Shown: positions 24,600 to 37,239 of the stretch, one piece after another
Numbering within the stretch: the stretch's first letter is position 1
How the letters are laid out: every line of letters begins with the position of its first letter
Origin: Eledone cirrhosa
Lineage: Eukaryota
Direction: 5' to 3'
NCBI GenBank assembly: GCA_964016885.1
Contig: OZ024744.1
Coordinates: 54,126,001-54,190,000, forward strand
DNA length: 64,000 nt
The notes under the pieces: model-generated
The model's input: the letters and a program-made list of their open reading frames with translations, nothing else
Told to the model about the DNA's origin: nothing
Databases searched by the model: none
Position numbers and translations under genes: made by a program

Positions 24600-25993
24600 G
24601 TATTTCCTCTTAGCAAGCAGTTGGCTTTTAAGAGAGGCGCATCCTCTACAGATTTCGCTTTTCAGTTCAAATAGCTATTATTCGGAGATGAAAACCATGT
24701 AATATTCTAAATTTCTCATTAAGGCAGAGACGTCATTTCATGGTACAATTGGTTTAAGGAAGTATCTTTCAAGTATCTTCTAAGTAATCTTATGTGGGAC
24801 ATCTAACTATTTTAATTGCCTGACTTTTTTACCAGGGCTGTACTGGTTCTCATATCAGGATTTCTGAAGAAGAGGGGATGCGAGTAAAAACGTCGTTTGA
24901 AACGATCTTGCACCATACCGTCGTATTTTTCGCTAACTTCAGAATTTTCCGTCGTGCCGTGTGTAATCTCTGCCTCATACACAATGGATTTGATTGGGAT
25001 ACCTTGATGAAATTACAATTGAATATTTTACTGTATTTATGTTGTTTTGGAAAATGTCTATCTATAAAGTCTAAAAACTACTTACCTACACTAGTCGCGA
25101 CTTTAAAGGAAAGGGGGGGGGGGTATTAACAAGATAACTCTTAATTTTCTGTTAGCATTGTTAGTATGGTTGTGTTGGAAATGATGGGGTGTGTACTTAA
25201 TTTTGTTCTAAACACCACAATCTATGAGGGCCCGATTGTGGTACGGCGCAGCCTTATCGAAAATAACCCGAGTTTCTGATAGATATGAGATACTAGGACT
25301 AATATTTGAAACTAGGTTTTTAAAAACACCAGGGAAGGTATGAAGCTTTATTGATATAGTTCAATTTTACATTAATTTTATGGTATGGTTTATACGAAGC
25401 TGTGGTTAGGTCTAAGTTTACACCAAATAAGTTTGCCTCAGTAAGATTCGTATCTACCGTAATTTTAAATCCTAGTGCACGCGAAGTGACAAATGTATAA
25501 TGAATCTGCCCATAGCTTGTCTGTTACAATCATAAGAAAACGAAATTTTATCGTTACTTTATAGACTAATGGAGTGGATGGGGAATATAGACTTTGAGAA
25601 TGAATAGCACTGTCATAGGACCCCAAGAAGACGTCAAAAGTATCATCAGTGTTAGAATGTGTTACCCAACAATGTGTTACCATTACTAAATAGAAGGGTT
25701 CAACGGTCATGGAATATGAGTTCGTATTCCATGTCGCTGGTGTATACAAAAGAACGAGCAAAATCTAAAGTTTTATTAAGAAGGGTCCTAGAAATAGAGG
25801 GATAAAAATCTATAATATTAAACTATATGAGTTTGGTGCTGTTCTTAAAGGGGATTTCGGTGAACCATGAGATGACATATGTTGTTTTATTCTACAGTGA
25901 GAGATTGGTGATTTTGATAATATAACTATTGATGTTGCTTAAAACGTTTTTACTAGCTAGTCCTAACTTTGACTTTGCAGGGTTTATTAATCT
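24600..25993 (-). mobile_element. Penelope-like element (Naiad-type RT + GIY-YIG), decayed
   Basis: Manual translation: RLINPAKSKLG, FDVFLGSYDSA, GFKITVDTNL..DLTTASYKPYHK, IFDKAAPYHNRAL, DRHFPKQHKYSKIFN, SIVYEAE..RFKRRFYSH..STAL. Confidence 0.8.
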
Positions 25994-26699
25994 ATAGCTA
26001 ATAAGCTTGAAACTAGTACAGCGTTCCTTTGTCAGTGTTGAACAAACGAGCAACGATGGTTGCTGGACACTACGGCTTAATACGGGATGTTTGTTTACAA
26101 ACACACCGAGCATTATAATAAATGTTCGGTGAATCCATACGTACATATATATATGTGTGCATGTATGTATATATACATACTACTGTACGTCTGTATACAT
26201 ATATGAATGTACGTGTACATACTTATATTTAAGTAACAGCCGTACTAAGAGTGGGAAATGAAATTTCGTTTCATTTTTTACGTTTATCATTTTCGGTGCA
26301 CCCGGCCGATTAACCCACTCGATATGCAAATTGCGCTTCTCAGCCGTTAATATGCATAAGGTAAGTATATACGTTCAACAATCTGGCAGGAAGGTATACG
26401 TTGCTGACGATAGCTAATAAGCTTGAAACTAGTACAGCGTTCCTTTGTCAGTATTGAACAAACGAGCAACGATGGTTGTTGGACACTACGGCTTAATACG
26501 GGATGTTTGTTTACAAACACACCGAGCATTATAATAAATGTTCGGTGAATCCATACGTACATATATATATGTGTGCATGTATGTATATATATATACATAC
26601 TACTGTACGTCTGTATACATATATGTATGTACGTGTACATACTTATATTTAAGTAACAGCCGTACTAAGTGTGGGAAATGAAATTTCGTTTCATTTTTT
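25994..26699. repeat. Near-identical ~290-bp direct repeat pair (period ~416 bp)
   Basis: 25994-26279 vs 26410-26699; the duplicated ORFs 25892-26146 and 26347-26640 share the same peptide. Confidence 0.9.
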
Positions 26700-27329
26700 C
26701 AGTTTTATTATATTATTTTACCATTTCATTTTTATATTTTAATGTATGTATATATTCTTATTCATATGTGCGTATATAGTCGTCTATCAACTACTATATA
26801 CGTATTTTACTTCTACCTTCATTTATGTATACGTGTTTTTATATGCGTACATACACATATTTTTTACTATACACATGCAATTGTATATGTAGATTTATCT
26901 ATGCATGTATGTATGTATAAAATATTACCATATTTACAAACATATTTTTCTAATATCGTGTTTAATATTTTATCTTGTCGTCTGCTTCTCTTCTCACAAC
27001 ATGTGGTTACTTACTGTCTCACTCTCTCTTTCTTTTCCCTCTCACACAAGCTCTTCTTTCTCTCTCATTTTGCCAGTCCCTTCTCTCCCACAGTCTTCTC
27101 TCTCTCTCCCCCTTTTTTCTTTGTCTCTTTCTTTCTGTCGCTGTTTCCCTCCTATAGACATTCTCTCTCTTTCTTTTTCTTCCCCTCTCTCTCTTCTACT
27201 CTGCACTTTCTACTTCCTTCTCTTTCTCAACCGCGTTCCTGCTTACGGCAGTTCTAATGGAGATGTTTTAACGCAAAGTCACACCAGGATTAGAAAAATG
27301 GCGATTATCACTTTGAAAGTAACAATTAT

Positions 27330-28020
27330 GCAATAAATAGTTGTTATTGACACGTCTCGCATCCTCCTTTGGCAATGTGTAAAATTTTAGCGAGATCGGG
27401 TGAACAATACGCAAGTTATAATACTTTACACAGACAGACAGAACGGGACTTATATAGTAGACTAGCAGAAAACCACGCGTGGCGGTTTTCTGCTAGTCTA
27501 TATATCTAAAACAGAGAATGTCTGTCTGTCTGTCTGTCAGCTCACTAAAACTTGAGAACCATCCAACCGATTGTTTTCAAACTTTAGACATGTAATACTT
27601 ATGGTCCTGTGAGTGTTTTGAGCAAAAATTATTTCAAATTTTCAATGCCCTAGGGACCGCATTAGGCGATTTAGCGTTCTCTCTATATAATTCTTAGTCT
27701 TTGTTTTTAGATAGATACATAGATATAACGTTGCGCCCTTATAATATCTGTCTGTATGTCTGGCTGTCTGCATTACGTCATTATGACGCGCTCAGCGCGA
27801 TTCCCTCGACCTCAGTGACCAAAGTCAGTGGAGAGGGGAAGGTAATGTTTCTGTAGCACGTGTTTTAGCGTCTATTCACTCTCTCTCTCCCTCTCTCCCT
27901 CCCGCTATCCCCCTCTCGTAGTCTGTCTCTTTCTTTCACTCTCACTCTCTCTCTACGCACGTGTTTCCACTGTCGGACAGACAGACAGAGAAATTGCTGG
28001 TTATATATATAAGTAGATAT
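27330..28020. mobile_element. Non-autonomous Helitron/Helentron-like (HINE/DINE-1-like) fragments
   Basis: CTATATAT..(TGTC)n..CAACCGAT..TTCAAACTTT head; CTAG-ending palindrome 27458-27500; (GACA)n..TATATATAAGTAGAT end. Confidence 0.6.
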
Positions 28021-28161
28021 ACCTCCTACCTACCTACCTATCTATCTCAAAACTTTCTCCAGCGTCCATCTTATGACGTCACACACCCTACTCCTACTGT
28101 CACTGTTGTCTGTACTCTTCTTACTACCACAGCTCTCTCCCACCAACACTGCTAAAGTGAG

Positions 28162-28164
<3 letters not shown>

Positions 28165-28256
<92 letters not shown>

Positions 28257-28380
28257 AGAGAGAGATATATATAGAAAAAGAGAGCGAGAAAGAGATGAGG
28301 ACATGGAAGAAAGAGAGAATAGAGAGAAAGAGGCAGAGAGAGAACGAGAAAGAGAAAGAGAAAGAGAGAGAGAGTGAGAG
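28165..28380. repeat. (TG)n followed by GA-rich tract
   Basis: Read directly. Confidence 0.95.
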
Positions 28381-28433
28381 GCTGTATGTTTGCTTAGGGT
28401 TGAAGAGTATTCGCTTTTAAAAGGTTCTGTAAA

Positions 28434-28558
28434 CTGTTTCTACATTTGGCACAAGGCCAGCAATTATCTCAGTGCATTACTGGTACTTTATTTTATCGAC
28501 CCCGTAAGGATGTAAGGCAAAGTTAACCTCGACAGGATTTGAACTCAGATCATAAAGG
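28434..28558 (-). mobile_element. 5'-truncated SINE
   Basis: Reverse complement of the SINE 3' two-thirds. Confidence 0.88.
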
Positions 28559-28609
28559 AAGGAGTACTCAATGCACAAGAATTAGGTAGGTGCTGTAATT
28601 TTACTTTTG

Positions 28610-29360
28610 TTGGAAGTCCAAGATATTGTCTCCGATCTGTTTCGCAGCCAAACAGCGATGCATTGCTCAAATCTGTGCTCTCCTCATCAACCGGTACCCT
28701 TCTTGATGACGAGTACACACACATCTGAGTGACCCAACGCCCTGGCCTCCACGTTTGGGGTACACATAAATACTGTTGTGGGGCTGTTGTTGGTGGGTTT
28801 GGGCTGCATCCACTGTCATGTCGCCAGAAGGCAGGCCGGTTCTCCCGACATGCCGATCTCAATGACAAATTAAGAGGGACCCTGGATTCAGCTGGTTTCC
28901 CATCACAACTGGAGCCAGCAAGCCTCGGCAGCAGAGATGGCAAGCGCCCCGACGGAATTACCCTCTTTTCATTGGAAGGAGGCAAATCCCTCATCTAAGA
29001 TGCTAAATGCTGTAATACGTTCTCCGCCCCTATTTTGTTTCTTTGGCCACAAACCCCGGTATTTCGGCCCACAATACAGATGATAAGAAGACAAGTAAAT
29101 ACCGGGGCTTGTCTGGCCGCTTCCTCTCTGCACAGGTCACCGTCAAGAACTCAGTCGTCATCAGACCCCGTATTGCCAAGCTCCTCCGTAAACTCAGAAC
29201 AGTAACCCATCTGAAGAAGGAGCCCCGCTAGGTGGCTGTTGCAGCGGTGTCGCTGGCCATTGTCCGCGGAAATGACCTTGCAGTTTTGTCCGCGGTGTGC
29301 AGCCCAAACACCACCTGGCCCCAGACATCCCTCCTATCTCTCTTCCCTCTCTTCCGTGAC
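28610..29360 (+). mobile_element. CRE-clade RLE LINE 3' fragment
   Basis: [43 protein letters not shown] motif set. Confidence 0.78.
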
Positions 29361-29589
29361 CTCATAGTCTTTGTTTTACCATTCGTTTCCTCTCATTTAT
29401 AACATTTATAGTCCTTTCTCCTACTTTCCTATACAGTCAGATCTGCCCTTCTTTAATCCTTCCCCCTCTGTTCGCTGCTTCATTTCCTTTGTATCTCTTT
29501 TTTTTCTTTTTCCTTTATTAAATGACAACATTTTGTATACTGAATAGATTTCTTTATTTTGTTGTTTGTGTTGTTGTGTCAGTGTGGTT

Positions 29590-29830
29590 GATGTTGTTTG
29601 TGGTAGTGGTGGTGGTTGTGGTAGTGGTGGTGGTGGTGGTGGTAGTAGTACTGGTGGTGGTGGTGGTGGTGGTAGTAGTACTGGTGGTGGTTGTGGTGGT
29701 GGTAGTAGTACTGGTGGTGGTTGTGGTGGTGGTGGTGATGGTGGTAGTGGTGGTGATGGTGGTGATGGTGTTCTTTGTGGTGGTGGTGGTATTGTTGTTG
29801 GTGGTGGTGTTGTAGTTGTTATTAGTGGTG
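29590..29830. repeat. (GGT/GTA)n low-complexity tract
   Basis: Read directly. Confidence 0.9.
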
Positions 29831-30178
29831 GTTTTACTGTTGTTGTTATTGTTGATGCTAGTGCTGGTTGTTTAGCTGCAAGTCAACTAAGAACGAGAGT
29901 AGCTTAAAAGGTGGTTTAACACTGAACATAAAGTGTTTCCCCCACCCGAAAAAGCAGTGGATTCGGCTGCTATTTCTAGCAAGTGGACCATCTCATTCAC
30001 TAGACTGAGACAAATTTCAATATTAAAACAGAACACCCAGATATTTGAAGTGAAACTAGGTTAGTAGTTGTTGTTGAAAATAAACAGGACAGAATAGTTA
30101 ATGTCGGTTAGATATAAAATTTACTTCACTTCAGTTAGAAAAGGAATATGATTACTACTAATCATAAAAGTACAATGT

Positions 30179-31291
30179 TGTAGCGGTTGTCTCCCTTGTT
30201 TTGATTGGGATCTAGACGGGAGGTGGAACCCTTTCTGCGACTTCCGGTCAGAGCCCTATAAAACTAACAACTTTAAGCTTCCTTTCTCTCTTTGCCTTTT
30301 CGGCACCAGGTCAAGAGCCTTCTCATTCGGCTCCGCCATTAATTTGGCCAACAGGCGCCTGGCCTTAGCCAGGTGCCCTCTGCCAGCCGCGTTTGCCTGG
30401 CAATCAAAACGGTAACTACTAACTTTGTTTCATTCTAACATCTATCTTTGACATGTCAAGTATACTATCTACCGTTAATTAAATATTATACACACAAACC
30501 ATGTCTCGTTTTGTTACATTCATACAACCTCAGTAATCTCGCTACATTGGTGACCCCGACGTGATACGAACACGCAGCCGTTCATCGCTATAAGAGGTCA
30601 CCACTTTAGGAAATAGATATCGGTGCACATGCAACATAATATAAAAGACAAAGAGTACTGGTGTGTGTGATAAAGTTTTACTTCATAGAAGTCAAAGGTG
30701 TATAAGGTAAAGGGTTGTTACCCGATGGCAATAATACCATTGTGAAGTTGGTAGAAAATGTCTTGGCGCTCTCTGGCCAAGAGCGGTTGGCTACCTTGAT
30801 ATCTATCATTGATTTTTCCAAACATTCTTTTGTCGTAATTTTCATGCCTGTTACAACATTCTCGCCAACTTGCTACATATTTTCATTTCGATTTTTATAC
30901 ACTAAAATTCTGGCGGGAGGTTATGTAGCGGTTGTCTCCCTTGTTTTGATTGGGATCTAGACGGGAGGTGGAACCCTTTCTGCGACTTCCGGTCAGAGCC
31001 CTATAAAACTAACAACTTTAAGCTTCCTTTCTCTCTTTGCCTTTTCGGCACCAGGTCAAGAGCCTTCTCATTCGGCTCCGCCATTAATTTGGCCAACAGG
31101 CGCCTGGCCTTAGCCAGGCGCCCTCTGCCAGCCGCGTTTGCCTGGCAATCAAAACGGTAACTACTAACTTTGTTTCATTCTAACATCTATCTTTGACATG
31201 TCAAGTATACTATCTACCGTTAATTAAATATTATACACACAAACCATGTCTCGTTTTGTTACATTCATACAACCTCAGTAATCTCGCTACA
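30179..31291 (+). mobile_element. Miniature non-coding LTR retroelement (TRIM-like), very young
   Basis: 368-bp LTRs 30179-30546 and 30924-31291 (TGTAGC..GCTACA, one difference seen); PBS TGGTGACCCCGACGTGAT (tRNA-Trp complement) at 30548-30565; PPT GGCGGGAGG; 4-bp TSD ATGT; 377-bp internal region. Confidence 0.93.
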
Positions 31292-31759
31292 ATGTTGTAT
31301 GTAAACATTCGTAAATGAATACCGTGTTGTTGAAGTTTTGTTCAAGATAATTTGTTTTATGTGTTATGCTGAAATAGAAGGTGGCAGGCTATCGTGCGCC
31401 ATTACTATCACCATAGAAGTTAAAAGCCAAGTGACCAGGGATGGTGTCGTCTCTTTTGTAACAGAAAATTCTCTCTGTTCTCGTTCCATGACAGCCTATT
31501 TATCGAACGGTGGTTATTTTTGCTCAAAGGTGGATGACCTCCCGCTGCGTTCTCTTTCATAGGAATGGCCATGTCAGTGAGAGGAAACGCTGGAACATTT
31601 CATTCGCTACACACCATCATCAATTCAAGGGAATTAATTTGAAAAAATGTGGGGGAAATAACTTCTATTTGACATTACGTTCTCTGACTACGGTTTAAAC
31701 CTGGATTACAGAAGAAACGCTGGAACATTTTTTCGCCATATTAGTGTGTGTGTGTGTCC

Positions 31760-34700
31760 CCCCCCCCCCCCAGATCGAAACGGTAGTGAAATAGACAACC
31801 AATAACCTCGGACCAAAAACTGTCACCTACTTACCTTGTAAATAGAGAGAGAGGATACTGTTACTCGGCATATTGGGCATAGGAAGATGGCCAGTACACA
31901 TGTCGACCGGATCTCGTTCTTGTTGTTGACACAGAGTTAGGATTGCCGGTGGGTGGGAGCGTTGATGTTAGGTTAACTTGGTCTGACAGTTAGGGTCCAT
32001 TGAAATCCACATGAGCTTTTTTAGCCGGTAGACACTGACAGTGTCCAAGATAAAATGCTTGGGTGTCTTTTTGAGTACCTGGTAGGGCCCTGGTTGCAAA
32101 GGAGCTCTGATAGTGTCCTTTCTGACAAAAACGTCTGTCTATTGCTGTATGTCAGACAGAATTTGAATAGTGTTACTTTGAGGGCGAGAAGCAACAGATG
32201 GCAGGTTTTCCATGTGGGTCCACGGGTGATGGATATAGTTCATTGGATCCACGGGGTGTTGAGACGGGTAATACCAATATCGTGCCGTAAACCAGCGCAG
32301 CTGGCATAAAACCGAGTCCCTCTTTTACAGTGGAGCGAATTCCAAGAGGGATGGATAAGGGGTAAAATGTCTAACCAGTTGCTGTTGTTGACATATGCTC
32401 TGAGAGAAGATTTTAATTGCCGATGGAAACGTTCCACCATACCGTTAGCTGTAGGGTGATTAGCTGTTGTATTTATTCGGCTACAACCTAGGAGGCGTGT
32501 CAATTTGTTAAAAAGGTTCGGTTCGAACTGGCCGCTTCTGTCCATTGTGTTGGTAGAAGGTGTGCCATAACGCGAAATCCAATGCTGTGCTAGTGCCTTG
32601 GCAATAGATTCAGCTGTAGTGTCGGAAAGGGGAATGGCCTCAGGCCACCGGGAGAATCTATCCGCACAGGTCAAAAGCTAAGTGCAACCCCTAACAGGAG
32701 GCAGTGGTCCGACGATGTTAATATGTTGGAAACGTGTATCTGGTGTTGCGAAGGTTCGGAGAAGAGTCCTGACATCGTGGTGAATGTTTGCCTTTTGACA
32801 GTGGACGCAACGCCTGACCCATTCGATAGGTTGTGCAGCGCAGAAAAAACCGAACGTTGATGCTTTAGAGGTACTTAAGGGCGCGCGTGACCCGTAAACA
32901 CATCACACTAAATACCACCAGGAGAAAAAGGTAGAGGGGGAGTTTGAAAGACAAGGAAGAAGATAAAGAATTTCGGAGTTTCAGGAGCTCCCCGTTCGCT
33001 TGTTGGCAATATATCGGAGACTGATGGAAAAAGAGGTGTGCAGTGCACCCATGAGTTAGCGAGAAAGGGCATCGGCTGCAGAGTTGTCTATATGGCGAAT
33101 ATCTGTAGTATATTGGGATATAAAATCCATTTGACACACTTCTCTAGGTGAGTGGTGGTCAGGCGTGAATATAAAGCGTACGTGAGAGGTTTATAGTCCA
33201 TGTAAATAGAAAACATAGAACCTTCTAACATGTGCCAGAAATGTCTCACACTGAGGTACGCTGCCAAACATTCCCGGCCGAATGTGCTATACTTTGTTTC
33301 AGCAGGTTTGAGTCGCCCAGAGAAGAATGAAACTGGTTGCCATGCATTGTATACACATTGCTGGAGGACGCCACCGACCCCGACATCCAATATATCGACG
33401 AACAGACAAAGCGGTGCGTCAGGTTTGAGATGAACCAACATTGTGGCCTCTGTCAAGACCCTCTTCATTTTAAGAAAAGCAGCTGCTTGTGCATCATCGA
33501 AAGTGATAAGCTGGTTCTTCCGATTGCACTGCCTTAGGATGTGTGTTAGCGGCTGGAGAAATTCTGCACAACGAAGTATGAATCGGCAGTAAAAGTTTAT
33601 GAGGCCGAGGAGCTCACGTACTTTCCTCGGGTACGTTGGAGTGGGAAAATCTAAAATGGACCTAACTTTGTCGTGCTGGGGGCGGATTCCTTGTTCGTCG
33701 ATGTGGTGTCCCAGAAAATCAAGGGAAGAAACACTGAAAAGGCATTTTCTGGGGTTGCTGATGACATCAAACTAAGAAAAACGCTCGAAAAGCAATTGTA
33801 GGTTCCTTTCGTGTTCCTCACGGGATGTGCTGGCTATCAGCATATCATCAATATACGAGTAGACGTAGGGTAAACCACGTACTACTGTGTCGATGAAACG
33901 CTGGAAGGTTGATGCAACATTGCGTAAACCGGACGGCAGTCTAAGAAACTCGAAGAGGGCGAAAGGAGTTGTAATGGCCGTTTTAAGAATGTCATCCGGT
34001 TCAACAGGAATCTGGTTGTACGCCCACACGAGGTCAATTTTTGAAATGATCCTAGCACCATGTATGGTAGCAGAGAAATTCAGTGAGGTACAGGGTACTT
34101 ATTGGGTTTTGTGTGTGTTAAAAAACCGATAGTCTCCACACGGTCGCCAATCACCTACAGATTTCTGGGAACCATGTGAAGTGGAGAAGACCAGCTGCTA
34201 CTGGATGGACGAACAATGCCCAGTTCCAACACATGATCGAACTCTGCTTTAGCGATCTTAGCGTGGTCAGGAGCGAGTCACCATGGTTTAGCAGAACCCG
34301 GAAGGCCCACGGTCACGATATGATGCGTAACACTGTGGGTCACCGGCCGACTGTTAAAAATAGGGTGTGAGATGTCAGGATGCCTGCTCAGAATAACTTC
34401 GTATCTGCCAGACTGCCTGGTTAAAAAAAAAACAAGGTTGAGGGAGGGAGCCATTGTGCTGATACCGCGATCATTCAGACCAGTGGTGGAATTAATCAGT
34501 CTGTAGTGTTTAACGTCCACCAAGAGGCCAAAATGGAGTAGAAAATCCGCTTCTAGGATCGGAGTCGGCAACTTGACGATGACAAAAACCAACTAGAAAA
34601 TTCGGCGGAGCCCAAGATCCAGGGTTAAGGACTTTTCTCCGCATGTGGGTATAGCAGAGTGGTTCAGCGCCTTGAGAAGCATTGCTGTGGGTTCCCTACT

Positions 34701-35520
34701 ACCTGGCACCAGGGCAGATGGTATGACTCTAACCTCCACCCCGGTGTCCACCAGAAACCGGTAGATCGGTCGCTAATGTGGAACAAGAGGCTAGATTTGG
34801 AAGAGCCAGGTGTAGTTGCCATCGTTTCTACCTGGCCACGTCGTTACCCGGAACATGACGGGAATCCCTTCTAAAAGAACAGGGCAATAGGTATTTACGG
34901 CCCCTTTCACCGAATTTACTGTGGTAATAGCATAAGGGATCGGTCGCTCGGGTCTCGCGGGCGCTGATGTAAATCGCGCCGAGATGAGCTGGCGTTGCTG
35001 CGAGGCTGTAACTGCAGTTTAGCCATAAGTGCGTTCAATTGGGCCTCCTGTCTCATCTCCGAGACAGAAGACGAGGAAGGAGAAGAATGAAAAAATGAGG
35101 AAGTGAGAGGGGATGAAAATGAGCTTATTAGTGGATGTGTGTGTCTCTCTTGGGCCACAAATGACCGTGGTGCTGCTACTTCCATTATTCTATCAGCTGA
35201 ATCCGCTAGCACCTCGATTTGGATGGATGCTTTACTGTCCGCCAAAATGCCGCAAGTTGCTGGCAGCACCCTTTGTAGGAAAAGTTGTTTCAAGATGGCC
35301 GACTCCATGGTGTTCTCTCCCAACAGTTGTTTTAACTGTCTTAAGAACTGTAACGGTTGCCTATCGCTTAACGCCCTCGAATAAAGAAGCTGGTTAATCT
35401 GGTGCTGCTGAGAGACGGATGTCCGTTTTACAAGTTCCGACCTTAAGGTGGCATATGAATATGTACCTGGTGGGGCTGTAAGCAAATCCTGGATCTTCTG
35501 CAGGATTTCAAGGGGAAGTG
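31760..35520 (-). mobile_element. Gypsy LTR retrotransposon internal region (gag-PR-RT-RH-IN), decayed, no LTRs visible
   Basis: gag 34916-35485; PILEADFL; RT YSYIDD (33772-34029); RNase H (33088-33468); integrase DRFSRWPEAIP..NGMVERFHRQLK (32240-32674); poly-G PPT near 31760. Confidence 0.88.
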
Positions 35521-36362
35521 GTCAAACAAAAGGAGAAATTTTGATCCTGTCTACCGAAACATTATGTGTTTGAAATTGGACCTCGATATATCTGAACCAA
35601 ATCCTCCTCTAGTTAGAATGTTCTTCCTCTTGTTGCCTGACGTGGACTGTAGAGGCTCTGATTCATTGATCAACTCACGGTTAAGTGAAGTATTACTAGT
35701 GTTATTATTATCAATAGTTACTTTGGTATTACTAAAGAAATGCAATATAGTCGCTTGCTTTTTCTCACTCATTATGGGTTTATTTCATTGGAATCTAAGA
35801 ACAAACAAAGCTATCAAAGCCAAATAAAATAAAACAATCGGATGAGAATCGGTATTTGCGGAGCGGGATAACTGTTGTAATGGTAGAAACAATACTGAAG
35901 CATACATGCATCATATTGTCGATAGATGACACATATATGTAAAATTCATGGATGTTAGTTCTTTACTGAGGAGAAATATTTTTAGGGGAAGGGAGCTATA
36001 AAATATATTTTAACCTAATATTAATTTTGTTTTATTATTAATAAGACATGGGGCAGTGGATTGGCAGTATAGGTAGAGGGTCGGAAGCCATGGTTTGCAG
36101 CTTAGAGTTACGGCCCTTTATAATCTGAGTTCAAATCCCGCCGCGGTTACCTTTGCCTTTCATCTTTACAGGGTCGATAAAATAAAGTACTAGTCACGCA
36201 CTAGTGTCGATTTAATCGACTTTCTCCTCCCTAAAATTGCTGGCCTTGTGCCTATATAAGAAACCATTATTAATAAGACATAGAAATTGCAAATAATGTC
36301 CAAATCTTTCTGCGGACCACCAACATTTTCTATCGGACCACCAGTTGGCCCCCGCTGCTTTA
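35521..36362 (-). mobile_element. Probable hAT (Charlie/Buster-like) 5' fragment
   Basis: CAGCGG end followed by repeated GGTGGTCCG subterminal motifs; ORF MSEKKQATILHFF..KRK resembles a hAT N-terminus. Confidence 0.5.
36050..36265 (+). mobile_element. SINE, longer subfamily (extra GTCGATTTAATCGAC segment)
   Basis: 16-bp perfect TSD ATTATTAATAAGACAT at 36034-36049/36266-36281. Confidence 0.92.
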
Positions 36363-36394
36363 AACTGTAGTCAGAGAAAGAAATGTCAAATGGA

Positions 36395-37110
36395 ATTTAT
36401 TTCCCCTATATTTTTTCAAATTAATTCCCTTGAATTAATGATGGTGTGTAGCGAATGAAATGTTCCAGCGCTTCCTCTCACTGACATGGCCATTCCTATG
36501 AAAGAGAACGCAGCAGGAGGTCATCGATGTTTGATCAAAGAGTAAATAGGCTGTCATGGAACGAGGACAGAGAGAGAATTTTCTGTTACAAAAGAGACGA
36601 CACCTTCCCTGGTCACTTGGCTTTTAACTTCTATGGTGATAGTAATGACAAACACCTGTCACCTTCTATTTCAGCATAAAACATAAAACAAAGTATCTTC
36701 AACAAAACTTCAAAAACCCGGTATTCATTTACGAATGTTTACATACAACTTTGTACTTTTATGATTAGAAGTAATCATATTCCTTTTTCCATTTCTAACT
36801 GAAGTGAAGTAAATTTTATATCTAACCAAAATTAACTATTCTGTCCTGTTTATTTTCAACAACAACAACAACTAACTCCGTTTCACTTCAAATATCTGGG
36901 CGTTCTAGTTTAATATTGAAATTTGTCTTAGTCTAGTGAATGAGATGGTCGACTTGCTAGAAATAGCAGTCGAATCCACTGCTTTTTCGAGTGAGGGACA
37001 CACTTTATGTTCAGTTAGGACACCTTTTAAGCTACCCTCGTTCTTAGTTGACTTGCAGCTAAACATAACCAGCACTAGCGTCAACAATAACAACAACAGT
37101 AAAACCACCA
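36395..37110 (-). repeat. Non-coding unit repeated at 29830-30178+31292-31660 (inverted) and 44255-44748
   Basis: Reverse-complement match by eye, including the empty TRIM site. Confidence 0.85.
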
Positions 37111-37239
37111 CTAATAACAATTACAACACCACCAACAACAACAACAATACCACAACCACCAGCACCACCACCACTACCAGAATCATAAAAAAAAACATCA
37201 AAGTAGGACGAAGGGCTATAAATACTATAAATGAGAGGA

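Noticed and set aside
24863-24904. CTGAAGA...GAAAC hammerhead-like motif on the plus strand
   Set aside because: Stems do not form properly and it is the antisense of the Naiad GIY-YIG coding sequence (RFKRRFYSH..FRN)
25078-25092. Minus-strand splice donor GTAG|GTAAGT
   Set aside because: Falls inside Naiad coding sequence (..VGK..)
20250-25560. Galectin-like 'GRFNIYL/GRFIIHL' peptides on the minus strand
   Set aside because: The 25.5-kb instance is an off-frame reading of Penelope RT, and no other galectin motifs are present
29522-29907. Poly-Val and Gly-rich ORFs
   Set aside because: Translations of a (GGT)n tract; the same applies to the YI/CV/HT-rich ORFs at 23.7, 28.1, 39.9, 44.7, 53.6, 54.0 and 58.0 kb
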